NCBI GenBank assembly: GCA_900234795.1
Contig: LT962688.1
Coordinates: forward strand, 1,530,001 to 1,562,000
From: Methylorubrum extorquens
Lineage (GTDB): Bacteria; Pseudomonadota; Alphaproteobacteria; Rhizobiales; Beijerinckiaceae
Direction: 5' to 3'
Length of the DNA stretch: 32,000 bases
Part shown: in pieces, positions 6,714 to 15,289 of the stretch
Layout: the number at the start of each line of letters is the position of its first letter
How positions within the stretch are numbered: position 1 is the first letter of the stretch
Position numbers and translations under genes: made by a program
The notes under the pieces: generated by a model
The model's input: the letters and a program-made list of their open reading frames with translations, nothing else
Database searches by the model: none
What the model was told of the DNA's origin: nothing

Positions 6714-7712
6714 ATGGCGGCGTTCAGGGCCTGGGTGATCGAGAAGGGCGAAGCCGGCCAGAGCCTCGCCCTGCGCGACTTCGACGAGGCCGACCTGATG
6801 GACGGCGACGTCACCGTGCGGGTCTCGCATTCGGGCCTGAACTACAAGGACGGGCTCGCCATGACCGGCCGGATGCCGGTGGTTCGCCGCTTCCCGATGA
6901 TCCCCGGCATCGATTTCGCCGGCACCGTCGAGGCCTCGGCGCATCCCGACTACAAGGCCGGCGACGCCGTGGTGCTCACCGGTTGGGGCGTCGGCGAGAC
7001 CCATCTCGGGGGTCTCGCCGAGCGCGCCCGGGTGCGCGGCGACTGGCTGGTGCCCCTGCCCGAGGGTCTGAGCCCGGCCGAGGCGATGGCGATCGGCACC
7101 GCGGGTTACACGGCGATGCTCTCGGTTCTCGCCCTGGAGCGGCATGGGCTCACCCCCGAGGCCGGGCCGGCGCTGGTGACGGGGGCCTCCGGCGGCGTCG
7201 GCTCGGTGGCGGTGGCGCTCTTGAAGCGCGCCGGATGGCACGTCATCGCCGCGACCGGCCGGGGCGGCGAGGCCGATTACCTGAAAGGTCTCGGTGCGGC
7301 CGAGATCCTGGAGCGCGAGGCGCTCGCGGGCGAGCCGCGCCCTCTGGCCAAGGAGCGCTGGGCCGCGGGCATCGACGCGGTCGGCGGCCGGGTGCTCGCC
7401 AACGTCCTGTCCATGACGAAGGGCGGCGGTGCCATCGCCGCCTGCGGCAATGCCGGAGGCATGGACCTGCCGAGTTCGGTCGCACCCTTCATCCTGCGCG
7501 GGGTCTCCCTGCTCGGCATCAACAGCGTGACGACGCAGCAAGCGCCCCGCCGCGAGGCCTGGGCCCGGCTCGCGCGCGACCTCGACCGTGATCGGCTCAA
7601 GGCCATGACGCGGACGGTCTCCCTGGAAGAGGCGGGCGGCCTCGCCGAAACCCTGCTCGACGGTCAGGTGCGGGGCCGGACCGTCGTCGCCATCGGTGGA
7701 ACCGCGGCTTAG
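6714..7712 (+). CDS. acuI: YhdH/AcuI-family NADPH-dependent (acrylyl-CoA/quinone) oxidoreductase, MDR superfamily
   Basis: ..VRVSHSGLNYKDGLAMTGRMPVVRRFPMIPGIDFAGTV..VLTGWGVGETHLGGLAERARVRGDWLVPLP..VTGASGGVGSVAVALL.. is colinear with E. coli YhdH. ATG 6714 is preceded by GGGAGGAG. Confidence 0.85.
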   Translation: MAAFRAWVIEKGEAGQSLALRDFDEADLMDGDVTVRVSHSGLNYKDGLAMTGRMPVVRRFPMIPGIDFAGTVEASAHPDYKAGDAVVLTGWGVGETHLGGLAERARVRGDWLVPLPEGLSPAEAMAIGTAGYTAMLSVLALERHGLTPEAGPALVTGASGGVGSVAVALLKRAGWHVIAATGRGGEADYLKGLGAAEILEREALAGEPRPLAKERWAAGIDAVGGRVLANVLSMTKGGGAIAACGNAGGMDLPSSVAPFILRGVSLLGINSVTTQQAPRREAWARLARDLDRDRLKAMTRTVSLEEAGGLAETLLDGQVRGRTVVAIGGTAA

Positions 7713-7732
7713 GCTTGGGCATTTCGTATTTT

Positions 7733-8197
7733 ATGAGCAGAGCATTCGTCCGTGAGCCGGAAGGTGGCGAGGCCTTCGAGGATCTTCCCGATCGGCCCAT
7801 CTCCTCCCACACCAACTTCGTGACACCCGAGGGCCTTGCGCAGATCGAGGCCGAGGTGGCGCGCTTGGAGGCGGAGCTGTCCGGCCTCTCGCCGCAGCAG
7901 GACAAGGCCGACCACACCCGTGTCTCGCGCGATCTGCGCTATTGGACCGCGCGGAAGAACTCGGCCGAACCGGTCGAAGCGTTCGAGGGCGATACCGTGC
8001 GTTTCGGCGCGACGGTGACCGTGCTGCGCGAGGACGACACACGGCAGACCTTCCGCATCGTCGGCGAGGACGAGGCCGACCCGTCCGCCGGCTCGATCTC
8101 CTACGTCGCGCCGCTGGCCCAAGCGCTCACCGGCAAGGGCGTCGGCGACACCGTGACGGTCAACGACCACGAGTTCGAGATCGCCGAAATCTGCTGA
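7733..8197 (+). CDS. GreA/GreB-family transcript-cleavage-factor-like protein
   Basis: MSRAFVREPEG.. is the typical N-terminus of this alphaproteobacterial subfamily. It has a coiled-coil segment LAQIEAEVARLEAEL and a C-terminal FKBP-like domain VRFGATVTVLRED..FRIVGEDEADPSAGSISYVAPLAQALTGKGVGDTVTV. The start is chosen by homology; a TTG at 7715 is the alternative. Confidence 0.8.
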   Translation: MSRAFVREPEGGEAFEDLPDRPISSHTNFVTPEGLAQIEAEVARLEAELSGLSPQQDKADHTRVSRDLRYWTARKNSAEPVEAFEGDTVRFGATVTVLREDDTRQTFRIVGEDEADPSAGSISYVAPLAQALTGKGVGDTVTVNDHEFEIAEIC

Positions 8198-8204
8198 GCG
8201 AAGT

Positions 8205-8310
8205 CAGGGGTTGCGAAAGGGCAAGCCCTTTCGCGGGTCCAGGGCAGAGCCCTGGAGGAAGACCGGGGCGCTGCCCCGAGACCCCGTCAAAGGGATGATC
8301 CCTTTGGAAT
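8205..8310. repeat. cluster of four GC-rich stem-loops (REP-like intergenic element) between convergent genes
   Basis: Hairpins: 8213-8234 GCGAAAGGG-CAAG-CCCTTTCGC; 8239-8255 CCAGGG-CAGAG-CCCTGG; 8264-8278 CGGGG-CGCTG-CCCCG; 8288-8306 CAAAGGGA-TGA-TCCCTTTG. None is followed by a U-tract. Confidence 0.6.
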
Positions 8311-8322
8311 TCCGCTATTCGT

Positions 8323-9267
8323 TCAGGTGAACAGGCTCGACACGCTCGATTCCGTCGCCGTGCGCCCGATCGCTTCGCCGAGCAGCGGCGCGATCGAGAT
8401 CACGCGGATGTTGCGGGCGAGCATGACCGCCTGCGTCGGCAGGATCGAGTCGGTGATGACGAGTTCCTTCATCCGCGAGGCGGCGATGCGCGAGACCGCG
8501 CCGCCCGACAGCACCCCGTGGGTGATGTAGGCCGAGACCTCCTTGGCGCCCGCATTGAGCAGGGCTTCGGCCGCATTCACCAGCGTGCCGCCGGAATCGA
8601 CGATGTCGTCGACGAGGATGCAGGACTGGCCCTCGACGTCGCCGATGATGTTCATCACCTCCGACTCGCCCGCCCGCTCGCGGCGCTTGTCGACGATGGC
8701 CAGCGACGCGTCGATGCGCTTGGCGAGCGCACGGGCGCGTACCACGCCACCGACGTCGGGCGAGACCACCATGCGCTCGCCGGGCGCCAGACGCTCCTTG
8801 ATGTCGCGCACCATCACGGGGGCGGCGAACAGGTTGTCGGTGGGGATGTCGAAGAAGCCTTGGATCTGTCCGGCGTGGAGATCGAGCGTCAGCACCCGGT
8901 CGGCGCCGGCCTCGGTGATGAGGTTGCACACCAGCTTGGCCGAGATCGGCGTGCGGCCCGAGGTGCGCCGGTCCTGCCGGGCGTAGCCGAAATAGGGGAT
9001 CACCGCCGTGATGCGCCGCGCCGACGACCGACGCGCGGCGTCGATCATGATCAGCAGTTCCATCAGGTGGTCGTTGGCGGGGAACGAGGTCGATTGGACG
9101 ATGAACACGTCCTCGCCGCGCACGTTCTCCTGCAGCTCGACGAAGATCTCCATGTCGGCGAAGCGCCGGACCATGCAGTTCGCGAGTGGCAATTCGAGGT
9201 AGCCGGCGATTGCTTCCGCAAGCGGACGGCTCGCGTTGCCGGCGATGATCTTGATGGACGACGTCAT
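8323..9267 (-). CDS. prs: ribose-phosphate pyrophosphokinase (PRPP synthetase)
   Basis: [105 protein letters not shown].. is a full-length Prs of 314 aa. ATG at 9267-9265. Confidence 0.95.
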   Translation of the reverse strand: MTSSIKIIAGNASRPLAEAIAGYLELPLANCMVRRFADMEIFVELQENVRGEDVFIVQSTSFPANDHLMELLIMIDAARRSSARRITAVIPYFGYARQDRRTSGRTPISAKLVCNLITEAGADRVLTLDLHAGQIQGFFDIPTDNLFAAPVMVRDIKERLAPGERMVVSPDVGGVVRARALAKRIDASLAIVDKRRERAGESEVMNIIGDVEGQSCILVDDIVDSGGTLVNAAEALLNAGAKEVSAYITHGVLSGGAVSRIAASRMKELVITDSILPTQAVMLARNIRVISIAPLLGEAIGRTATESSVSSLFT

Positions 9268-9434
9268 GCCGGGCGTCTCTCGGCTCACTCTGCAAGTCAT
9301 TCGCGGGACGCGCGCGAAACGATTACGTCCGAGACCGCACAAGCATCCGGCCGCGCGGCTCATACCAGCGGGGCCGAGCCCTCACAATGGTTTCGTGAGA
9401 AGGACTTCACTGCGCGGGGGCCCGCCCTGCCCGC

Positions 9435-9662
9435 TTACGGCTCGAGCAGGCGGTGCAGGTGGACGATGAAGTAGCGGGTCTGCGCGTTGTCGACGGTGGC
9501 CTGCGCCTTCGAGCGCCACGCGGTCTGGGCCGAGGCGTAGTCGGGAAAGACGCCGACGATGTCGAGATCCTTCACGTCGCGGAAGCGTACCCCCGAGACA
9601 TCCTCCAGCTCGCCGCCGAAGACGAGGTGAAGCTTCTGGTCCGAGTCGATCGTCGTGGTCAC
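9435..9662 (-). CDS. small conserved alphaproteobacterial protein (DUF4170-like, from memory)
   Basis: MTTTIDSDQKLHLVFGGELEDVSGVRFRDVKDLDIVGVFPDYASAQTAWRSKAQATVDNAQTRYFIVHLHRLLEP. GTG start 9662 is preceded by AGGAGA. The motif HLVFGGEL...DIVG.FPDYA.A...W..KAQ.TVDNA..RYFIVHLHRLL is one I recall for this family. Confidence 0.7.
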   Translation of the reverse strand: MTTTIDSDQKLHLVFGGELEDVSGVRFRDVKDLDIVGVFPDYASAQTAWRSKAQATVDNAQTRYFIVHLHRLLEP

Positions 9663-9807
9663 GCGTCTCTCCTGCGGGATGCCGGGGCCCGCCGCCGGTG
9701 AGGCAGGAGCCGTGCCGCTCGGTCGCAGAGGCGGCCGTGCCGGTCAAGGTGCTTGCCGCGCAAGGAGGGGGTGATGCGGGGGCGGGACGGCGCCCGGCCG
9801 CGTGCGA

Positions 9808-11381
9808 TCAGAACAGCGATCCTTGCCGCGCGGCCGGTTCGGCCGCCGCCTTCTCAGGCTTCGGTGCGGGCTCGGGCGCGGCCCGGCGGGGCGCGCGCTT
9901 CGGGCGCGGCGAGGGCGGGGCTTCGGCAAGAGGGGGCGCAACGGGGTCGTCCGGAGCCTCCTCGGGGCGCGCATAAATAGCGCCGTCGGCAAATTGCAGT
10001 TGGAACCACGCGGCTTGGGCGGCGGCCGCGGCCGAGCGCACCGGCAGGCCGTCGGCGTCGCGCACGAGCGCGTAGCCGCGGGCGAGCACGGCCTTGTAGC
10101 TGAGCGCCCCGAGCAGGCTGGTGAGCGCGTCGAGCCGGTCGCGGCGGCGCTCGACGATGCGGCTCATGGCGGTGCGCGGGCGGTGGTCGATGGCGGCGAG
10201 CCGTGCCCGCGCCTCGGCCAGCGCGATCGCCGGAGAGCGCCGGGTGAGGCGGTCGGCGACGCGATTCAGGCGCTCGCGGGAATCGCGGGCATTGGCGGCG
10301 AGCGCCGGCCGCAGCCGCGCGTCGGCGAGGTCGAGGCGCTGGCGCTTGACGGCGAGGAAGGCGTCGGCGCCGGGGATCGCCCGCACCAGCGCCCGGAAAT
10401 CCGCCCGCTCGCGCTCGATCCGCCGCAGCATCGTGCCCGCCTGCCGGGCGCCGAGCTCATGGACCTGGGCGCTGAGTTCGGCCCGCACCGGCACCGCCAT
10501 CTCGGCCGCGCTCGTCGGCGTCGGGGCGCGGCGGTCGGAGGCAAAATCGATCAGCGTCGTATCGGTCTCGTGGCCGACCGCCGAGATCAGCGGGATCTCG
10601 GACTCGGCGGCGGCGCGCACCACCACCTCCTCGTTGAAGGCCCAGAGATCCTCGATCGAGCCGCCGCCGCGGGCGACGATCAGCACGTCCGGCCGCGGAA
10701 TCGGGCCATCGGGCGACAGGGCGTTGAAGCCCCGGATCGCCGCGGCGATTTCTTCCGCCGCCCCCTCCCTCCCCCTGCACCCGCACCGGCCAGACCAGCA
10801 CGGGGCGGGGAAAGCGGTCCTCCAGCCGGTGGAGGATGTCGCGGATCACCGCGCCGGTCGGCGAGGTGACGACGCCGATCACCCGCGGCAGGAACGGGAT
10901 CGGTCGCTTCCGGTCAGTCTCGAACAGCCCCCTCGGCCGCGAGCTGGCGCTTGCGCTCCTCCAGCAGCGCCATCCAGGCGCCGATGCCGGCGGGCTCCAT
11001 CGAGTCGATGACGATCTGGTACGAGGATTTTCCGGCAAAGGTCGTGATCTTGCCGGTGGCGACGACCTCGAGCCCTTCCTTGGGCTTCTGGCGCAGGCGC
11101 CCGAGCACGCCCTTCCACACCACCGCGTCGATCTTCGCCGAGCCGTCTTTCAGCGAGAAGTAGGCGTGGCCCGAGCCGTGCGGCCCGCGATAGCCGGTGA
11201 TCTCGCCGCGCAGGCGCACATGCCCGAAGGCGTCCTCCAGGGTGCGCTTCAGGGCGGCGGCGAGATCGCCGACCGACCATTCGGGGGTGTTGGCCTGGAG
11301 CAGCGCCGAGGGCGCCGGCTCCCCCGGCGGCGGCACGGCGGCGGCAGAGGTCGCAGGACGTGGCGGGGGCACGAGCGGCAT
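9808..11381 (-). CDS. xseA: exodeoxyribonuclease VII large subunit; as written it is split over three frames by two +1 frameshifts (C5 runs 10928-10932 and 10761-10765)
   Basis: Three frames carry consecutive parts of XseA:
- Frame A (11381-10914): ..[76 protein letters not shown].
- Frame B: [54 protein letters not shown].
- Frame C: [87 protein letters not shown]...
Removing one base at each run gives 524 codons. Confidence 0.85.
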
Positions 11382-11604
11382 GGGGCCGGACGCTAGGGAA
11401 CGGGCCGGGAGAGGTAAAGGCCGACCGCGCGATCAGCTGGGGAACGGCGTGCGGGTGTGGCGCCGGAGCCGCGTCGTCACCCCTGCTGACGGCTTGCTCC
11501 GCCACGCAGGGAGCATTCGCACGGCCTGGAACGCCGGCTGCGCCGGGTTCTCGAGGGAAGGCGTCGAGCGAACAGGACAGCGGGTGCGATGAACGCGCCC
11601 GGCG

Positions 11605-11829
11605 TCAGATCAGGCGCGTGAGGATCAGCGCCGCCGTCACGGCCGGGGCGGCGGCCGCCGCCATGGCCCAGGGCCAGACCGGCGCGAGACGCGAACGGCG
11701 GTTGTCGTTGGCGGCTCGTGGCGCCGAGCGGCGCTGCACCACGTAGTGCGACAGCCGAACGACGGGTTGCTCGCGGGGTGTGCGGGCGGGGGGGGCGATC
11801 GAGTGGCGACAGATCGGCATGGCAGACAT
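11605..11829 (-). CDS. possible small tail-anchored membrane protein (74 aa), hypothetical
   Basis: MSAMPICRHSIAPPARTPREQPVVRLSHYVVQRRSAPRAANDNRRSRLAPVWPWAMAAAAAPAVTAALILTRLI. I recognise no homologue. The only support is very high third-position GC (about 85-90% by my count), a hydrophobic C-terminus, and its being the only plausible ORF in a 525-bp gap. Confidence 0.3.
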   Translation of the reverse strand: MSAMPICRHSIAPPARTPREQPVVRLSHYVVQRRSAPRAANDNRRSRLAPVWPWAMAAAAAPAVTAALILTRLI

Positions 11830-11906
11830 CAACAGGCGAGCCCGGCCAACCGTTCCGTCCGGCGCGCGGGATAAAGCGAGCCAAAGGGAGGGCCGCGCCG
11901 ACGCGC

Positions 11907-12644
11907 TCACCACAGCGAGAATTCGGTGGCGAAATCCGTACTCCGCAGCGGGCATTTCGGCGCGGGGCAGGGCTCGGCCGGGACGGTCGCGAGCACTCCG
12001 TCCGCCCCCGCCTCGAAGCGCAGGCGCACCGGCGGGTCGTCCTCCTTGGCGTAGGCGAGCCGCACCTCGAAGCGCACCGCGTCGAAGGTCTTGCGGTCGG
12101 CATAGACGATCACGTCGCGGGAGACGGATTCGCCCGGATTGAGGTCGGAGGGCTCGCTCGGGAGCGGCGTCGCGCCGGAGAACAGCAGCCCCTGGCGCAG
12201 GATCGGTGTCCCGCCGCTCTCGCGCACGTAGTCGCGGGCGGCATCGACGTTCGCCGTGCCGGAGAGCGAGGCCCGGAAGGCGGCCTCCCGCGCCGCCGTG
12301 TCGTCGCCCGGTTCGGAGAAGCGGGTGCGGATGCCGACCACGGTGTAGGTGAGCCCGAGCACGCGCACCCCCGCCTGGCCGACATTGGTGCGGGTCACGG
12401 TCGAGCGGATCGCCACCCGGTCGCCGCGCTCGCCGACCCGGGCGAGGTCGGTCTTCACCGAGACCGAGGGCGGGGCGAGCCCCGGCTTGATCCGCGCCTC
12501 GTAGACGAAGGTGTAGACGCCCCAGGCCCCGGCCCCGAGGATCGCCAGCGTCTGCACCAGGGTGCTGGCGCCCTCCAGGCCGAGCCCGCGGCGCTTTCGG
12601 CCCGGCCCCTCGTGACGGTCCGGCTGACGATCTGTCGGCGCCAT
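11907..12644 (-). CDS. hypothetical single-pass membrane protein with a beta-rich extracytoplasmic domain
   Basis: MAPTDRQPDRHEGPGRKRRGLGLEGASTLVQTLAILGAGAWGVYTFVYEARIKPG.. has a basic N-terminus and one TM helix, followed by about 190 aa with no motif I recognise. ATG at 12644-12642. It is divergent from purD across 83 bp. Confidence 0.65.
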   Translation of the reverse strand: MAPTDRQPDRHEGPGRKRRGLGLEGASTLVQTLAILGAGAWGVYTFVYEARIKPGLAPPSVSVKTDLARVGERGDRVAIRSTVTRTNVGQAGVRVLGLTYTVVGIRTRFSEPGDDTAAREAAFRASLSGTANVDAARDYVRESGGTPILRQGLLFSGATPLPSEPSDLNPGESVSRDVIVYADRKTFDAVRFEVRLAYAKEDDPPVRLRFEAGADGVLATVPAEPCPAPKCPLRSTDFATEFSLW

Positions 12645-12727
12645 GAGGCGGCTTCTCCCGTGCGTTGCCGGGGCAAACGCGAAACGCCCTTTCCCCGGCC
12701 CAAAATTTTTTGGATAGGGTTCTTCTC

Positions 12728-14035
12728 ATGACCGAGCCCTTCTCCATCCTGCTCATCGGCTCCGGCGGGCGCGAGCACGCGCTGGCCTGGGCCATCGCGA
12801 AATCGCCGCTCTGCACGCGGCTGTTCATCGCCCCCGGCAATCCGGGGACGGCGCAGCACGGTGAGAACCGGCCGGACCTCGCGGTGTTCGATCACGCTGC
12901 CGTCGTCGCGTTCTGCCGGGCGGAAGGGGTCGGGCTCGTGGTGGTGGGGCCGGAGGCGCCGCTGGTGGCGGGCCTCGTCGACGACCTTCAGGCCGCCGGC
13001 ATCCCCGCCTTCGGGCCGACGAAGGCCGCAGCGCAGCTCGAAGGCTCGAAGGGCTTCACCAAGGATCTGTGCGCCGAGCACGACATCCCGACCGCCGCCT
13101 TCGCCCGCTTCACCGACCTCGAGCCGGCTTTGGCCTATCTGCGCGCGCGCGGCGCGCCGATCGTGGTCAAGGCCGACGGGCTCGCCGCCGGCAAGGGCGT
13201 GACCGTGGCCGAGACGCTGCCCGAGGCCGAGGCCGCCGTGCGGGCGATCCTCGACGGAACGGAAGGCGGGGCGCTCGTCATCGAGGAATGCCTGTTCGGC
13301 GAGGAGGCGAGCTTCTTCGCGCTCTGCGACGGCACCCGTGCGGTGCCGATCGGGACGGCGCAGGACCACAAGCGCGTCCATGACGGCGACCTCGGCCCGA
13401 ATACCGGGGGCATGGGCGCCTATTCCCCCGCCTCCATCGTCACGCCGGAGATCACCGAGACGGTGATGACGCGGATCATCGCGCCGACGCTGGCCGGCAT
13501 GGCCGCCCGCGGCACCCCGTTTTCCGGCATCCTCTATGCCGGGCTGATGCTGACGGCGGAGGGCCCCAAGCTCATCGAGTACAACACCCGCTTCGGCGAT
13601 CCGGAGGCGCAGGTGCTGATGCCGCGCCTGACCGGCGATCTCGTGCCGGCGCTGCTGGCGGCGGCTCAAGGCGACCTCTCCGGCGTCGCCATCGGTTTCG
13701 ACGCCTCCCGCGCCGCACTCACGGTGGTGATGGCGGCACAGGGCTATCCCGGCGCGGTGACCCGCGGCACGGAGATCCGCGGCGTCGAGGCGGCCGAGGA
13801 CGAGGCGGGCGACGCGACGGTTCTGGTGTTCCAGGCCGGCACCCGCCGCGACGGCGACCGGCTGCTCGCCGATGGCGGCCGGGTGCTCGCGGTCACGGCG
13901 CTCGGTGCCAGCGTCGGGCAGGCGAAAGATCGCGCCTACGCGGCGGTGAAGCGCATCGACTGGCCGGACGGCTTCTTCCGCAGCGATATCGGCGGCCGGG
14001 AGATCGCCCGCGAAGCGGCTTCCAAGGGCGACTGA
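12728..14035 (+). CDS. purD: phosphoribosylamine--glycine ligase
   Basis: [126 protein letters not shown].. is a full-length PurD. Confidence 0.95.
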   Translation: MTEPFSILLIGSGGREHALAWAIAKSPLCTRLFIAPGNPGTAQHGENRPDLAVFDHAAVVAFCRAEGVGLVVVGPEAPLVAGLVDDLQAAGIPAFGPTKAAAQLEGSKGFTKDLCAEHDIPTAAFARFTDLEPALAYLRARGAPIVVKADGLAAGKGVTVAETLPEAEAAVRAILDGTEGGALVIEECLFGEEASFFALCDGTRAVPIGTAQDHKRVHDGDLGPNTGGMGAYSPASIVTPEITETVMTRIIAPTLAGMAARGTPFSGILYAGLMLTAEGPKLIEYNTRFGDPEAQVLMPRLTGDLVPALLAAAQGDLSGVAIGFDASRAALTVVMAAQGYPGAVTRGTEIRGVEAAEDEAGDATVLVFQAGTRRDGDRLLADGGRVLAVTALGASVGQAKDRAYAAVKRIDWPDGFFRSDIGGREIAREAASKGD

Positions 14036-14051
14036 TGAAGGGCGACTGATG
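14024..14051 (+). repeat. perfect 14-bp tandem duplication (AAGGGCGACTGATG x2) spanning the purD stop and the tadA start
   Basis: Copy 1 is 14024-14037 and copy 2 is 14038-14051, read directly from the sequence. The purD TGA is at 14033-14035 and the tadA ATG at 14049-14051. Confidence 0.95.
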
Positions 14052-14492
14052 CCCGATTTCCTCGACCTCGCCTTCGCCGCCGCCCGCGAGGCTGCGGCTT
14101 TGGGCGAGGTACCGGTCGGCGCGGCCGTGGTACGGGACGGGACCGTGCTCGCGGTCGCGGGCAACCGGCCGCGCACGCTGTGCGACCCCACGGCCCATGC
14201 CGAGATCCTGGCGATCCGCGCCGCCTGCGCCGCACTCCGCGACGAGCGGCTCACCGGCTGCGACCTCTACGTGACCCTGGAGCCCTGCCCGATGTGCGCG
14301 GGCGCGATCGCGTTCGCCCGTATCCGCCGGCTCTACTACGCCGCCTCCGATCCCAAGGGCGGCGGCGTCGAGCACGGCCCTCGCGTGTTCAACCAGCCGA
14401 CCTGCCACCACGCGCCGGAGGTCTATTCGGGCTTTCGCGAGGGCGAAGCGGCAGGGCTCCTCAGGGAGTTTTTCGCCGAGCGGCGGGGGTGA
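14049..14492 (+). CDS. tadA: tRNA-specific adenosine(34) deaminase
   Basis: ..EVPVGAAVVRDG..CDPTAHAEILAIRAA..LTGCDLYVTLEPCPMCAGAIAFARIRRLYYAASDPKGG.. carries the HAE and PCxxC zinc motifs of the CDA fold. Confidence 0.92.
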   Translation: MPDFLDLAFAAAREAAALGEVPVGAAVVRDGTVLAVAGNRPRTLCDPTAHAEILAIRAACAALRDERLTGCDLYVTLEPCPMCAGAIAFARIRRLYYAASDPKGGGVEHGPRVFNQPTCHHAPEVYSGFREGEAAGLLREFFAERRG

Positions 14493-14583
14493 GCCGGGAG
14501 AGGCGTCGGGGCGGAGCGTCGAACCGCGGCTGCGGGCGGCGCGTTCGACCCTTCGTCCTCGCAATGCAGCGGAGCCTCCTCCC

Positions 14584-15285
14584 ATGGTCCCGACCTACCA
14601 GCGCGCCCTGATCGTCGGTGCCGGCCCCGGCCTGAGCGCCTCGCTGGCGCGCCTGTTCACGGCCGAGGGGCTGAAGGTCGGGCTCGCCGCGCGCAACACC
14701 GAAAAACTCAACGACCTCGCCGCGGAGACGGGGGCCGTCATCCATGCCTGCGATGCCACCGATCCGGGCGCGGTCGAGGCTTTGTTCCCCCGGCTCGAAC
14801 CGGCGCTCGGCGGTGCGCCGGACGTGGTGGTCTACAACGCCAGCGGACGGCTGCGCGGGGCCACCGTCGATCTCGATCCGGAGGCGGTGGCCCGCGCCCT
14901 CTCGGTCTCGGCCTATGGCGGCTTCCTCGTGGCGCAGGCCGCCGCCCGGCGGATGCTGCCCCACCGCCACGGCGCGATCCTGTTCACCGGCGCCTCGGCG
15001 AGCGTGAAGGGATTTGCGGGCTCGGCTCCCTTCGCCATGGGCAAGTTCGCCCTGAGGGGCCTCGCGCAGAGCCTTGCCCGGGAGCTTCAGCCCCAGGGCA
15101 TCCATGTCGCCCATGTCGTGATCGACGGCGCCATCCGCTCCGCCGCCCGGCCCGATCCGCAGGATCATCCCGACGCGACCCTCGATCCGGACGCCATCGC
15201 GAAGAGCTACCTCGCCCTCCTGCGCCAGGATCGCAGCGCCTGGACCGACGAGATCACCCTGCGGCCGTGGGTCGAGCGCTTTTGA
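14584..15285 (+). CDS. short-chain dehydrogenase/reductase (SDR) family oxidoreductase
   Basis: ALIVGAGPGLSASLARLF.. is a degenerate glycine-rich Rossmann motif. Also present are ..VVVYNAS.., ..ILFTGASASVKG..APFAMGKFALRGLAQSLAREL.. (YxxxK replaced by an FAMGK-type variant) and ..HVAHVVIDG... Confidence 0.8.
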   Translation: MVPTYQRALIVGAGPGLSASLARLFTAEGLKVGLAARNTEKLNDLAAETGAVIHACDATDPGAVEALFPRLEPALGGAPDVVVYNASGRLRGATVDLDPEAVARALSVSAYGGFLVAQAAARRMLPHRHGAILFTGASASVKGFAGSAPFAMGKFALRGLAQSLARELQPQGIHVAHVVIDGAIRSAARPDPQDHPDATLDPDAIAKSYLALLRQDRSAWTDEITLRPWVERF

Positions 15286-15289
15286 GGCA

